A stretch of 64,000 nucleotides of DNA from Lama guanicoe (lineage: Eukaryota): the NCBI GenBank assembly GCA_013239625.1, contig MU053588.1:3066799-3130798 (forward strand). The letters are read 5' to 3'. Position 1 is the stretch's first letter. Each line of letters opens with the position of its first letter. The notes beneath the pieces are model-generated. The model was not told the origin of the DNA and searched no databases. It saw nothing but the letters and a program-made list of their open reading frames with translations. This document shows, in pieces, positions 38,995 to 51,435 of the stretch. The position numbers were made by a program, and so were the translations under genes.

Positions 38995-39715
38995 GTATGA
39001 TGCCTTTCCTCTCGTTCCACTTTCTCCAAGGCTAACTGCCACGCTTGGGAGAGGGAAGGAGACGTCATCTCTGTGTCTGGCCTGGATCTGCTCCTCGTTC
39101 TTCCTAAAGCTCTGCTTCCCACCACTAATTCCTGCGGGTCTCTTCTTCCCTGGTCTTCATGCTTCCCCTTCCCCACTCTCTCTTGGACATGGTTATTCCC
39201 ATCCCCATCTGGTTTAGAGGGGTGAGAGCCATTATGTTCTTCTGTCTCCAGTCAGGGAAGCCAAGATCCAAGAAGGAAAACTAATGAGGAAATGAAAGGA
39301 GAAGCAGAAGGAAGGGAGTCACATGCCCAGTGGACAATAGTAGCAGGAGGGGACTGGGGGATAGGACAGGAAGAGAACCTAAGAAAAGCAGACACAACCA
39401 AAGGCCTCTTAGGCAATAAATAAAGTGAGAAATAACCAGCATCTTCCTACCAAAGGGGAAAGGTGTCAGGGTAGAAACAGGCTCAGAAGCAGTTGTATAG
39501 GTCACCCAAAAAGTGAAGGGCCAGCAAACAGGAAACAAGTAAACACTAGCAGGGATCATACATAGATTGAAGAAGGACGGCCTGAGAGGAAAGAGTACTG
39601 ACCAAGGAATAAATGAACACTGAGGAGCCCCAAGGGATCACGCTGACAGTGTCCTTCCTAATTCAAGGAGCAAAGATCCTATGCCTGGGAATAACAGCAT
39701 CTGGTATTTATTTAG

Positions 39716-39768
39716 GGCAAGTGACCAGCATGATCTCACACAGCACAAATCCTCAGACTCCAACCACA
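39716..39768 (+). CDS. CEACAM1 cytoplasmic exon Cyt1 (53 nt)
   Basis: tttag|G GCA AGT GAC CAG CAT GAT CTC...AAC CAC A|gtaagt; ASDQHDLTQHKSSDSNH; the 53-nt size is characteristic. Confidence 0.92.
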
Positions 39769-40443
39769 GTAAGTAAACCCACTTACCCAGTGAGAGCTGG
39801 TATGTTCTACCATGTGCCCTGCCCTAGCAGGGAATCCTGGATTTCCAAATGATCCATACCTTCTGAATTTTCAGAGGGTATCTCCATGTCCCAACCTTAA
39901 GTTGACATAGATCCTCGCACGCTTCCTACTGCAAAAGCTTCCCCTGAGACACAGCACCGGAAAAGAAATTCACTCCCCCTAGGCCAGGCAAGCCAGCAGG
40001 CCATGAGATGGTCATGTTTCCAGAAGCCATTTTCATCCTTAATCCTTCCCCCTCTGGACTCTTTTAGGGATGTGGGCATCTCCTTTGGTGAGACTTTCCC
40101 TGCCTTTGGTGCTCTGGGTGCTGTCGGCCTCAATGTCCCTCCCTGCCACTTAATCCTGTTGCTGAGAAACGCATGGGCAAAACTCAGGCCTTGTGAACTT
40201 GAAGAAATCTTCAGAAGTGAACTGAGGCCTTCTGCCCCTCCTTGGTCTACTGCCCTGGGGTCTGGACCACAGGCTGAGGGAAGTGAATTCCTTAAGTGAT
40301 CATGGGCCACCTCCACAGCCCACCTTCCCACCAACTGTCACCTCCTTCAGCCAGAAGTCACAACAGCTTAGGAACACCACGTTCTGAGGCCATATGTGAG
40401 CTCTGCATTTTCATGGGTTGGTAACTCTCTTTTGCTTCCCCAC

Positions 40444-40475
40444 GTCAGGGACATTCTGACAACTCGCCCAGCAAG
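40444..40475 (+). pseudogene. CEACAM1 Cyt2 exon (32 nt) with acceptor AC in place of AG
   Basis: cttccccac|GT CAG GGA CAT TCT GAC AAC TCG CCC AGC AAG|gtaagc; QGHSDNSPSK is homologous to human QDHSNDPPNK. Confidence 0.85.
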
Positions 40476-41496
40476 GTAAGCACAGCCAGTTTCACCAGCT
40501 CATTTTCTTATGGAAATATCTCTGTGTAGAATGTGTTATTCATGAAGACAATATAAGATCCACTCTGGGTCAAAGTTCCTCACTTCAGAACAAAGAAGTA
40601 TTGGTTAATTACTTCCGCAGGTCTACATCACTGCAAGAATGTGGACTTGAATCCTAGCCATGACCTTGGGCAAGTAACTTAACTTCTTTGATCCTCAGTT
40701 TTGTCATCTGTAAAACTGGCATGATGCTTACCTTGAAGAGAAGTTCAAGGAATTAAATATTATAACAAATGTAAAGCAACCAGCACAATATCCAGCACAA
40801 GGAAGGCACTGGCTTATCCTCCCTCCTCTGCCTCCAATCTGACCCTGCTCTTACTGTGAAATGATCATTTCCATTCTAATGGCTCTGAGGTCTTAGTTCC
40901 TTTACTGAATTTTTCTCATCTTAACCTTCAGTAAAATATACAATATACTAAAAAAGTGCTTAAACCGTATTTTAACAATATAACTCTTCACAAGTTATAC
41001 AACCCATGTAAGCAGCATCCAAATTGATAAATAAAATAATGTCATCCCCTCACCAAAAAAAAGACCCCACCAAAAAAGACCTCCAGGTGTTCAGGTGCTT
41101 CCCTTCAAAGAGTAACCATTATCCTCACTTCCAATGCACTGAATTAATTTTACCTGATTATGCTCTTACATAAATGAAAAACATATATGTCCTTACATGT
41201 GTCTGGCTTCTTTCATTCAAAATTGTTTCATGAGATTCATCCATATCACTGTATGCTTTTGTGGTTCATTTATTCTCACTGCTGTATCATCGTATTCCAT
41301 TGTAGAATTTCACAATCTATCTCTCCTAATAATCATTCAACAGGACATTAGCAAGCAGAGATAATGAGTAACAAAAGCCCTCCTCCTAAGCCAAAAGTTT
41401 CAAAGTGCTGAAAGCATTTGGTGCGGAATCACAGTAGACAAGATGAGGGCCTGGCCTGTGACATTGACTCAGTTGACCCCTGCTCCTGCCTTTCAG

Positions 41497-41616
41497 ATTG
41501 ACAAAGTTGCATATTCTTCCCTGAACTTCAATGCCCAGGAATCAAAGAAACCAACTTCAGCCTCTCCATCCTTAACAGCCTCAGAAACGGTTTATTCAGA
41601 AGTGAAAAAGAAGTGA
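41497..41616 (+). CDS. CEACAM1 Cyt3 exon with ITIM (VAYSSL) and ITSM-like motif (TVYSEV)
   Basis: tttcag|ATT GAC AAA GTT GCA TAT; IDKVAYSSLNFNAQESKKPTSASPSLTASETVYSEVKKK*. Confidence 0.93.
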   Translation: MDKVAYSSLNFNAQESKKPTSASPSLTASETVYSEVKKK

Positions 41617-42213
41617 TGCAACCAGTCCTGCTCTCTGTACTGCTGACTTATTCCAAGCTCCTCCTCCCCATCCCTAGGAGATCCCTTTACCCTCAGGGAA
41701 AATGGGAGGAGTGTCTTCCCCACCCTCCCTCCCTTAACCCCCTAATGAGGCTCCTCCAGGCTGCCTGGTCACAGCCCCTTACTTCAGTGTTAAGAGATGA
41801 AAGGTACATCCAGGAGGAGGTCTGTAGGAAACAGACCTTTGTCATTGAAATCTGGCAAAGCAGACCTTGGGAGAGGTTGCCAGAACCTCTGCCCCTCCCC
41901 TTTTCCTGACCTAGACCGCTTTTAAACTTGCCTATTCAGAACACATTTATCCCTTCCCACCTCTCCTATCCCATTGGAGTCTAAAGGAACAAATCTAATA
42001 TGGAGTCAGATTTGTTCTTCCCAATTATGTATCTAGAAGCAACAGCCTGCAGCTCCAAACTGCCTGAAAGAAACTGCCTATCTTCCTCTGGGAAAGAAAA
42101 TGATTTCATGAGCAAAATATCTCCCACCCTTTCATTAGGGAGAAATCACACTTCCCACACAGAGGCTCCAGTGAATCAGATGCAGCAATACAGCTTTCAT
42201 TCCCAACAGTCCC

Positions 42214-42735
42214 TGTAATAGAAAAGAACAAATCTGACTCCATATTAGATCTGTTCCTTTGGTTTTAACCCTGTGCTCTGTTTCCTAGTCTTAGTCTTGC
42301 TGGTTCAGCACCTTTTGTGAAGGAATGTTGCCTATAGCCTGAAATATAGAGGACAGCCTAGTCTTAAGGCTCTGATCTTGAAGGATATTAACACTTTTCC
42401 ATTCATATAAAGATACCAAGTTGCAGAACAGAAAATAGTATTTGTTTTGTTCGAGGTTTACAGGGACACTGTGACCTAACCCACGTGGACAGCTGCAAGA
42501 ACAAAGGATTCCGACACCAAGAAGTTTGCAACAACCAAGCATACCCCCTTCCCCATTTTAGTATAAAAGGAGCCTGAATTCTGACTTGGGGAAGATGGTT
42601 CTCCAGGACATTAGTCTGTCATCTTCTTGTTTGGCCAGCTTTCCAAATAAAGCCGCTATTCTTTGTCCCAGCACCTCGTGTCCTGATTTATTGGCCTCTC
42701 CTGCAGCGAGCAGAATGAGTTTGGACTCAGCATCA
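42214..42735 (+). mobile_element. ERV solo LTR, sense orientation, in the CEACAM 3' region
   Basis: Starts TGTAATAG; TATAAAA at 42562-42568; AATAAA at 42646-42651; U5-like end ...gagtttggactcagca. Confidence 0.75.
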
Positions 42736-43999
42736 CCACCACTGCTTCCTCGGCCCTTGTTCTTTGGTTTCCCAGACTCGATACCTCACCACAGCCTGTT
42801 GATTCTTTTTTAGCATCTCTCAGTTATGTCCTTCTCCCCATTCCCATACACCTAAATAACCCCTGCCCTCAAGACCTCTGCTGGAGGTACTGCTTGAATT
42901 CTTGTCTTTGGTCTCTCTACTGAAATCTTCCTTGCACACTACTGCCTCATTACTTTCCTAAAAACTGGTTCACTGTCCCACCCAAGAACCTACAGTGGCC
43001 TCCCCTGGCCTATCAGGCAAGTTCAAATTTCTTCCTCTTAACTAAAATTTCTTACTTTCTTTCCCACTACTCTCTAGTTTAATTCCTCCATTCTGATTAA
43101 TAATTCTGCCCTTCTACCCAATATACACACAGACTTCTTTGTCCCAGTAACACGCCTGAAAACAAGTACCACACAGGGTAATGTTTTCTCACAGAAGAAC
43201 TTACCCACAAGAGTCATCACAAGCAACGACTCCAACCATGGGGAGGACAAGGGCCTTGTAGCATTAACGTATAAACCTCAGATTCAGGACACAACTGCCT
43301 TGTGATTGAGAATCTTTTTCTGATGCCGAATTTATGTGTTCATGAAATCCTTAGGGAGCACCTACTGTGCTACAAGTCTCAGTATTAGACCCTATGAAAT
43401 ATGCAGAAATGAGAAATGCAGGGCCCTTACCCCAGGGAACATAAAGCCTAAGACAAGAGATAAGACATGAAAAATTATTATAATACAAAAATAGCAATGG
43501 AAAATGCCACAAGAGAAGACAGTGAGAAAGCTAATGGGAAATATGGCTACACAATAGAATGATTGGGAAAATTATAGAAACAACTGGAATTCAGGCCCCA
43601 CCTACAGATTCCACTTAATTGGCCTAGGAACTGGTAATTTTTTAAAGCTTCCCAGATGCTCTTAATCGGAATGCAGTCAGAATGGAGAATTTCTGGTATA
43701 ATAAGTAGGATGGAAGCCTTAAAGCAGTGGGTTTTAGCTAGTATAAGTCAGAATTACCTAGGGAATATTTTCAACATTTCTAAGAGGCCTATAAACCATC
43801 GCTGAAGAAACTGATACTATGTCTGGAGTGAGATTTGGGCTTACATATTTTGAAAAACTCACAGGTGACTCTCACATGTGTTCCACGTTAGGAAACACTG
43901 ACCTCAATCATAGGTAGGACTGAAAAACTCAGGAGTTCGGAGGACGCTCCATGAGATGGACATGAGGATGAATAATCTATTTCACAGGCACAGAGAAGT

Positions 44000-44700
44000 A
44001 CTCAAAAAGAAATTTTTGGCAAATTTCTCAGCTTTAAATGACTGATGATACCAACGGTTGTGAGAATGGGAAACAGCTGGTATTCTGACATATTGCTGGT
44101 AGAAACATGAAATGGCACAACCATTTTGGAAAAGTTTGACGTTTTCTTATAAAGTGTGCTTATACAGTTCAGCAATCCCACACCAAGGTATTTACATAAG
44201 AGAAATGAAAATAGATAGCCACACAAAATGTTACACATGAATGTTCATAGCCACATTATTTACAATAGCCAGAAAGTGGATATAACTGAAATATCCATAA
44301 ACATGTGCATAGACTGCATCTCCATACAATGGAATACTAAATAGCAATTTTTTTTAAAAAAGAGTACAAACTGCTACTAGAACAAGATGGCTAGGTCTCT
44401 CAAACATTATGCTATGCAAAAGAAGCCAGACACAAAGGAGTACATACTATATGATGCCATCTTAATAAAGTTCAAAAATAGACAATAATAATTAATGGTG
44501 TTAGAATTCACTATAGGGAGTGGAGTTAGCTCAAAAGGTGCACACAGGAGCTTTTTGGGCAGATGGAAAATATTCTATATTTCAATTCAGGTGGTGATTA
44601 CATGGGTGTGTACAGTAACCAAAAATCAAATTGTACACTTAAGATAAGTATGCTTTTTAATGGATTTTAATTTTATCTCAATTTTCAAAAATAAAATAAG
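44000..44700 (+). mobile_element. L1MB-like 3' end
   Basis: cagcaatcccacac..aggtatttac...tgaatgttcatagc...aaaagaagccagacacaaa; A-rich tail. Confidence 0.75.
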
Positions 44701-44719
44701 CAAAGAAGCAGCTAACTCA

Positions 44720-45235
44720 ATCTATTAGTTATTCTGTATTCATTCTGTACTTTTGCAAAAAAAAAAATTACCACAAATTTAGTGGCTTAAATCAACACCT
44801 ATTTAACAACTCACAGAATTCAGTTCCTTGAAGTTATTAACACCCAGGTCCCCGTTGCCCTAGTACAAACACTCTCAACTACTAGAGAACCTCCTCAGGT
44901 GCTAGGCATGAGGTCCCCTTCCATCTCAGTGAGGGAAAACATCCCTTAAATCGAATCCCTCTTTCACTTCTAATCTCTCTGATTTCCCCTTCTGAGACCC
45001 ACTGGGAAAAAACTGCCTGCTTTTAAAAACTGCCTGTGATTACATTAAGCCCACTTAGATCATAGCTCTTTTTATTCAATTCAAAGTGAACTGATAGTAA
45101 CCCAATTACATCTGCAAAATCCTTCTTGCTACATAAGGTTAACACATTAACAGGCATGATTCCTTATCTTATATTCACAGCCCAGGATTAGGAGTAAATC
45201 TTGGGACACCATCTTAGAATGCTGCCTACCACAGC
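44720..45235. mobile_element. MLT1-like MaLR LTR
   Basis: aattaccacaaatttagtggcttaaa...aattacatctgcaaaatcc...ccatcttagaatgctgcctaccaca. Confidence 0.65.
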
Positions 45236-48200
45236 AGCATATGAAAGCTACTCATGCTCTCAGACAGAAGGTCCTTTAAGATCCTTGTTTTGAAGAAATA
45301 AGAAAAAAAGCTAAAGCTAGTCAGTTCAAACTTACTTCATATTTTGAGACTAAGGACAAAAAAACAGATAAGAAAGCAAGGGCCCACTTCCTGCTAACCT
45401 GTAAATCTGAGCCACAGGTGCTTCATTGTCCTCAAACCTTTAGTAATGTTCACAGGCAATGACAGTAGCTAGCTTCAAAGTTAACCTGTAACTAAAGTTA
45501 TCAGAAACCAAAAGTCATCCCAGCGAACCAACCAAAAGCGACAGTAAGGCTGCACTAATTCAACCAAGACATTTTATAGACTTCTGATGACTGATTCATT
45601 CAACATCATTTATTGAGGATTTACTCTATGTCAAGCACTAAGCCACTTGCTGAGAACAACATGATGATTATAAAATAAAGCCCTTTTTGGATCTTTATTG
45701 AAAAAATTATACTACAAAAAGTGGGGGAGACATAAAAAGAAATAAAGGAGTAAAGAAAAATGGGAAGAGGAGGAAAGTGAAGAATTATGAGACAATTGCC
45801 AAAATTCAAGCATTGAATATTTTATGATACTGAGGAAGTATTACTTTTTAGTGTGATAGTGTTACTGTGACTATGTTTTTTTAAGAATCGTATATCTTAG
45901 TAATACAGCTGAAATATTTACAGATGAAATGACTTGATAACTAGGATTTGCTTCAAAATAATCCAGGTTTGAAGAGGGCAGTGGATGGGATAAGACTGGT
46001 CATGAAATGGTAACTGCGAAGCTACATGATGAGTACACATAGATTCATTGTATTGTGAGCTTTACTTTTGCAATGATTTGAAATTTTCCAGAATAAAGAA
46101 GTCCTGCTCTCCAGAAGATTATAACACAAATCAGATATTCCAACAAATAGAATGCTAACAAGTTAAACAAAATATACACAAAGCCCTAGTCATGCTCAGA
46201 GGATAGTGACTGCCCCGGGAGTCAGACAAAATGTCAAAGGAGCATCTCCCCTGACCAGAGTTTTAAGGAAGTCCTCCAGGCAAAAAGGGCAGGCAAGCAG
46301 CTACAAAGGCATGTGGATGTGAAGCCGCAGAGCTTCTGCACACTCTTTGGACGACTTACTAGAGGCCGTGTTACCTAAGAGCACATGTTCTAGGGCCAGA
46401 CCAGCTGTGCTGGAGTTCCTGCTCCTGGGTCTCTACTGTGAGACTTCAGACAAGCTATTTGCAATGTTTCTGTGCCTCAGATTCTTCACCTACAAAACAA
46501 GGATAATAATAGTACATACTTCACAGCGCTGTTGTCAGGCGTCAATGAGTTAATCCATGTGTAAAACATTTAGAACAATAGGTGAACAATAAACGCTAGC
46601 TGTTAGCGATGGAAGCAGCATCCCACCCCACAATACCACACATCATGAAAATCTCATCTACTCTCTACTTGTTGTTACCTTCTTTTGGTTAGACTGTACA
46701 CCTGTAAAGTAGGAACCACGTCCACTGAGCGCTACAACCCAGAACCTAGCCTACGGCCATGCCGAGATGAGGCACCGATCAGTCAACTCTTCTTTCAGGC
46801 AGCAGGGCTAGGACCACCAAAAGTCTCTGTCCAGCTTCCTCTTTATTCCCCCATGGATTAGACCCTGAATTCCTACAATTCTTTGGCTCCCTTTAGTTTC
46901 CTTCTTTGTTTGCACCTCATCCTTTACTCTGCTCTAGAGATGTCCATTCACTAATGGTCCCCACTCTGGCAGGTAATACAATGCTTCCCGTATCTCTCGC
47001 CTCACAGCCTTATTATCTAAACAGACATTGCAACACTAAAATCTGCAATTAATAAAGGGTAAAAGGAAGATGAATATCTCTAGGCTATTGGCCTCATATC
47101 CTTTAGTGAGAAGCAGACTCCTCTGGAGAGGAGAAAAGCAAGTGAAATGGCAGTCAAAACATAAAGTCTTCAAACATATCCCCACTGTTGAGGAGATCCT
47201 GTAAATACATTGGTATAATCAGCTAACATCTCACTGGGGTTTGGGGGTTTTCAGGAACTGCTGGGAAGGAGAGGGAATCACAATGGCCAGGGAGACCAGC
47301 TTTGTGTTAATTTTTGCTGTGCAAACTAATTCCTTTTCCCCCACTAGTAGACATCCTAATTTTTCCCCAGGAATAAAGAGGAAAAGAGGAAGAGTATATA
47401 AAGATCCAGAGCCTGAGAACTGAGAAGATACAAGACCACAGACGGATACAGACTCTAAAGATGAAGTACGAAGGTCAGATGCAGGTCTCTCTCTAATCTC
47501 AACTCTCTGCCCTGAGCAGCAATGTGGGGCTGGAACACGATCCTGGTCTCCCCAAGAGCAGGAAGTGCTGGTTGAACGTTAACTAACTACCCAGGAGCAG
47601 AAGGAAATGGAGCCCTCTGACGTTCCTCTCCCTATACATTCTCCCCAAGTTTCCTCTGAGAAGAGGACAATTCAAGGCTACATTCCCAGCCCTAGGATTT
47701 GATGGCTCTTTGCCATGTAAAATGAGGGGAAGGGATCACAAAGCAGAAATGGGACACTGGAAAGGACAGACTAAAAAGAGCTGCTTAAGCATGCTGTGTT
47801 TAAAGGTCAAAGTCTTGTGAAGCATGCCAACATCCCTCCCCTGCCTGGGCTCTCTATGATAATGAGGCTTGCCCTGTGACTGGAGCCCCAATGAACCCAG
47901 AACTCTTCTTGCTTGGAGACCAGAGTAACAAAGGAAAAGGGAAACTGGGAACAGGAAGACAAATAAAAACAAGTGGAGTGACAGGACCCCTGAAATACTC
48001 AGTGTGATTACAAGGAAGTGAAACTGGTCTTCTTGTTGGGCTCAGACAGGTTCTGAGAGCAACTCTACACGATAAGTAACTAAAATATTTTCAGTAATGA
48101 CAGAACTTTGGAATAAATGCATAGTCACCATGGACAACTACTTTTAAGGTGTCCAGATTTATCTGGATATGATATACTTGTAAAAGGAATCCTATAACTC

Positions 48201-48792
48201 ACATGAGCCTCATAACTTTATTGTTTTAACTACATAGCAACAAGGAACAGTTTAATTCAACCAAGAGTTTGAAGAAAAAGGAAAAAGCAACAATAAAGTA
48301 GGAATGTATATGGTGGCAGAGATGTGTGAAGAAGGAAAAAGAAGAGCCAAGGAAAAGAGTAATACAAATGAAACAATAAATTCCCATCATAAATACAGAG
48401 AAGGAAGCAAAGTATTACTTATGGCTAAAATCAGCTAATAGGCCCACTCCTCCAACTGAACCTCTCTCACTTCCATTAAACTCAAGAAGGGCTTTAGTGC
48501 CCTATACTGGAGTGTGAGACTTTGTGCATTTATTGGCTAGTTTACATTAGACAGAGAAATTTGATTAACATCAGTTCTTCAAAGAATCAGCTATAAAACT
48601 TGCCTATCACTAAATTAACAAATTTAAGAGCAAGAGTTATTCAAAGTGTTTCATGTCTGTGAGCTTATTCTCTAAGGCAACCTCTCTTCTTAAGAATTCT
48701 AAGGCCTCTATATGACCCAGAAATTCCACTCCTGGGTTTATACACAGGAGAAATGAAAATATATGTCCACACAAGAACTTGTTTACAAGCTT

Positions 48793-50251
48793 GGAGGGAG
48801 ATCAAGACGGCAGAGTAGAAGGATACAGAGCTCATCTCCTCTCATGACATATTAAAACTACATCTATATGGTGAGCAATTTTCACTGAAAACAAACTGGA
48901 GACTACTATCTAAAAGAATTAGGAAAAAATAACAAACAAAGGCAGAAGAAAGGAAATAATATTATCAGAGAGGAAATAAATAAAATTGAGAAAACAATTT
49001 TAAAAGTCAATGAAACAAAGAGCTGACTTCTTGAAATGATAAACAAAATTGAGAAACCTTTAGCCAGGCTCATCAAGGAAAAACAAGACACGGACACAAA
49101 CTTTAAAATATGAAGTAGAAAAAGAGAAATAACAACTGGTATCACAGAGACATAAAAAATAAGAAAATACTATGAACAATTATATGCCAAAAAATTGGAC
49201 AACCTAGAAGAAATGGATAAACTTCAAGAAACATACAATCTTCCAAAACTGAATCAGGAAGAAATAAACAAGCTGAACAGACCGATCACTAGCAGTGAAG
49301 GTGAAGTTGTAATAATAAAAAAAAATTTCAGCAAAGTCCAGGACAGCTTCACAGGGGAATTCTACCAAACACATAAAGAAGAGCTAACACTTATCCTTCT
49401 CAAACTATTCCAAAACAATTGAAGAGGAGGGAACAATCCCAAATTCATTCTTCAAGGTCACCATTACCCTGACACCAAAACCAGACAAAGACATTATGAA
49501 AAAAGAAAATTACAGGCCAATATCTCTGTGAATATAGATGCAAAAACTCTTAAAAAATACTATAAAACCAAATTCAACAATATATTAAAATGATCACATA
49601 ACATGATCAAGTGGGATTTATTCCAGAGATGTAAGGATGATTGAACATCTGCAAATCACACAATGTGATACACATTGTTAACTAAAGGAAAAACAAAAGT
49701 CACATGATTACCTCAATAGATGCAGAAAAAGCATTTGACAGTCAACATCCATTTATGATAAAACTCTCATCAAAGTTGATATAGGGGTAACACAACTCAA
49801 CATAATAAAACCGTTTATGACAAACCTCTAGCTAACATCATACTTAATGATGAAAGCTGAAAGTGTTTCCTCTAAAATCAGGAACAAGACAAGGATGCCC
49901 TACTCTGGCCTCTTCAACTTAACATAGTACTGCAAGTCCTAATCACAGCAATCAGACAAGAAAAAGAAATATAAGGCATCCAAACTGGAAGGGAAGAAAT
50001 AAAACTGTCACTATTTGTAGATTACATTAAACTATATGTAGAAAACCCTAAAGTCTCCACCAAAAAACTGTTAGAACTAATAAATGTAAAGTTGCCAGTT
50101 ACAAAATTAATATACAGAAGTCTGTTGCCTTTTTTATATATAAATAATCAACTATCAGAAACAGAAAGCAAGAAAACAATCCCATTTCAAATTGCATAAA
50201 AAAATAGAATAAAATACCTAGGAATAAACTTAACCAAGGATGTGAAAGACC
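48793..50251 (+). mobile_element. LINE-1 with a 5'UTR start joined to internal ORF2, 3'-truncated
   Basis: gggagatcaagacggcagagtagaagg..gagctca (L1 5' end-like), then ORF2 (MDNLEEMDK..YNLPKLNQEE). Confidence 0.85.
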
Positions 50252-50388
50252 CTTCAGTCTATCTTCATTCATAAACTAAAGGAAGTAAGAATTAATCCAA
50301 ATGACCTCTAAGGCTCTCCTACTCAAAGTGTGGTCTACCGCCCAGCAGCAATGGCATCATCCAAAGGCTTATTAGAAATGCAGAATCT

Positions 50389-50517
50389 GGGGGAGGGTGT
50401 AGCTCAGTGGTAGAGCGCATGCTTAGCATGCACAAGGTCATAGGTTCAATCTCCAGCACCTGTTAAATAAAAAAATAATAAATAAGTAAGTAAACCTACA
50501 CACCTCCCCCCAAAAAA
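50389..50517 (+). mobile_element. tRNA-derived SINE (camelid Vic-1-like), copy-2 specific
   Basis: ggggagggtgtagctcagtggtagagcgcatgcttagcatgcac with A/B boxes; perfect 15-bp TSD agaaatgcagaatct at 50374-50388 / 50518-50532; empty site at about 1640. Confidence 0.92.
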
Positions 50518-51435
50518 AGAAATGCAGAATCTCAAATCCCAATAGAAAAATCAAATTTGTATTTGAACAAGTTACTCAGGTGAGCTGTTAGCACATCAAA
50601 ATTTGAAACACTTCTCTAAAGTGTCTGCCAGTTCTAAAATGCAATGGTTTCAGACTCACCTCAACTCAGTCACTTAGCAGGAAAAAAAAAAAAAGTTTAT
50701 ATAATCACTTCATCTGTGCCCTTTTCCTAATCCTAACCAGAGCTCTCAGATTTGCCCACACCCCAATAGTGTCCTCAGAAACATAAGTGGGGCAGTGCTG
50801 CCACCTAGTAATCATGATAGTACATGCACTTGATCTTAACCATTCTCACCTGAAAAGGAGGGGGAAGGTTGTCAGAGGGGGTGAAGTCCAAGTCAGATCA
50901 GATAAGAGAATCACAACCGCCCACAATGACTGGAAGTAACTGTCAGACAGACAGGAGCTCACGTCATAGAATAATGTCACATTTCAAAGGGCAGTTTTAT
51001 AATACCTAATAAAATGTGGTATTAGTGGGAACCCTGGGTTCCAAGCCAAGCTCTAGCCTTGTAATCTTCAAGAAAAAAAATCACTGTGACAGTTATTTTC
51101 AGACATCCAGCCCCTGCCTGAACTCCATCAGTAAACCTGTAATTTTCCAAGGAAACTTAATTTACTCTCACAGTTCTTTCTTATCCTGAGTCAAAATGTG
51201 TCTGATGCAGATTTACCATGCCTACTCCTATTCTCTGAAGGCATGGAAATAAGTCTAATAATAACTTTTCACACAATAGACCTTCAAATACTTGTGAACA
51301 GCCACCACATGTCCCTCTATCTTTCCTTCAGCCATTCCAAAAATGACATATTCTCAAGTTCCCTCCCTCTCCTGTTACTTTCTGAAGGTCAAGTGAAGTG
51401 GGTCAACCATAGCAGAAACGCCAAATTCTGGGACT

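Larger units (their letters stand above)
33200..41616 (+). pseudogene. CEACAM1: CEACAM1-like paralog (A1-A2-TM-Cyt1-Cyt2-Cyt3) with no leader or N exon found; probable pseudogene or altered gene
   Basis: Six exons with CEACAM1-type sizes and sequences. No L or N exon recognised upstream. Cyt2 acceptor is mutated. Confidence 0.8.

Noticed and set aside
50389..50460. tRNA-Ala-like gene
   Set aside because: It has an A-rich tail and a 15-bp TSD and is absent from the paralog, so it is a SINE, not a tRNA gene.
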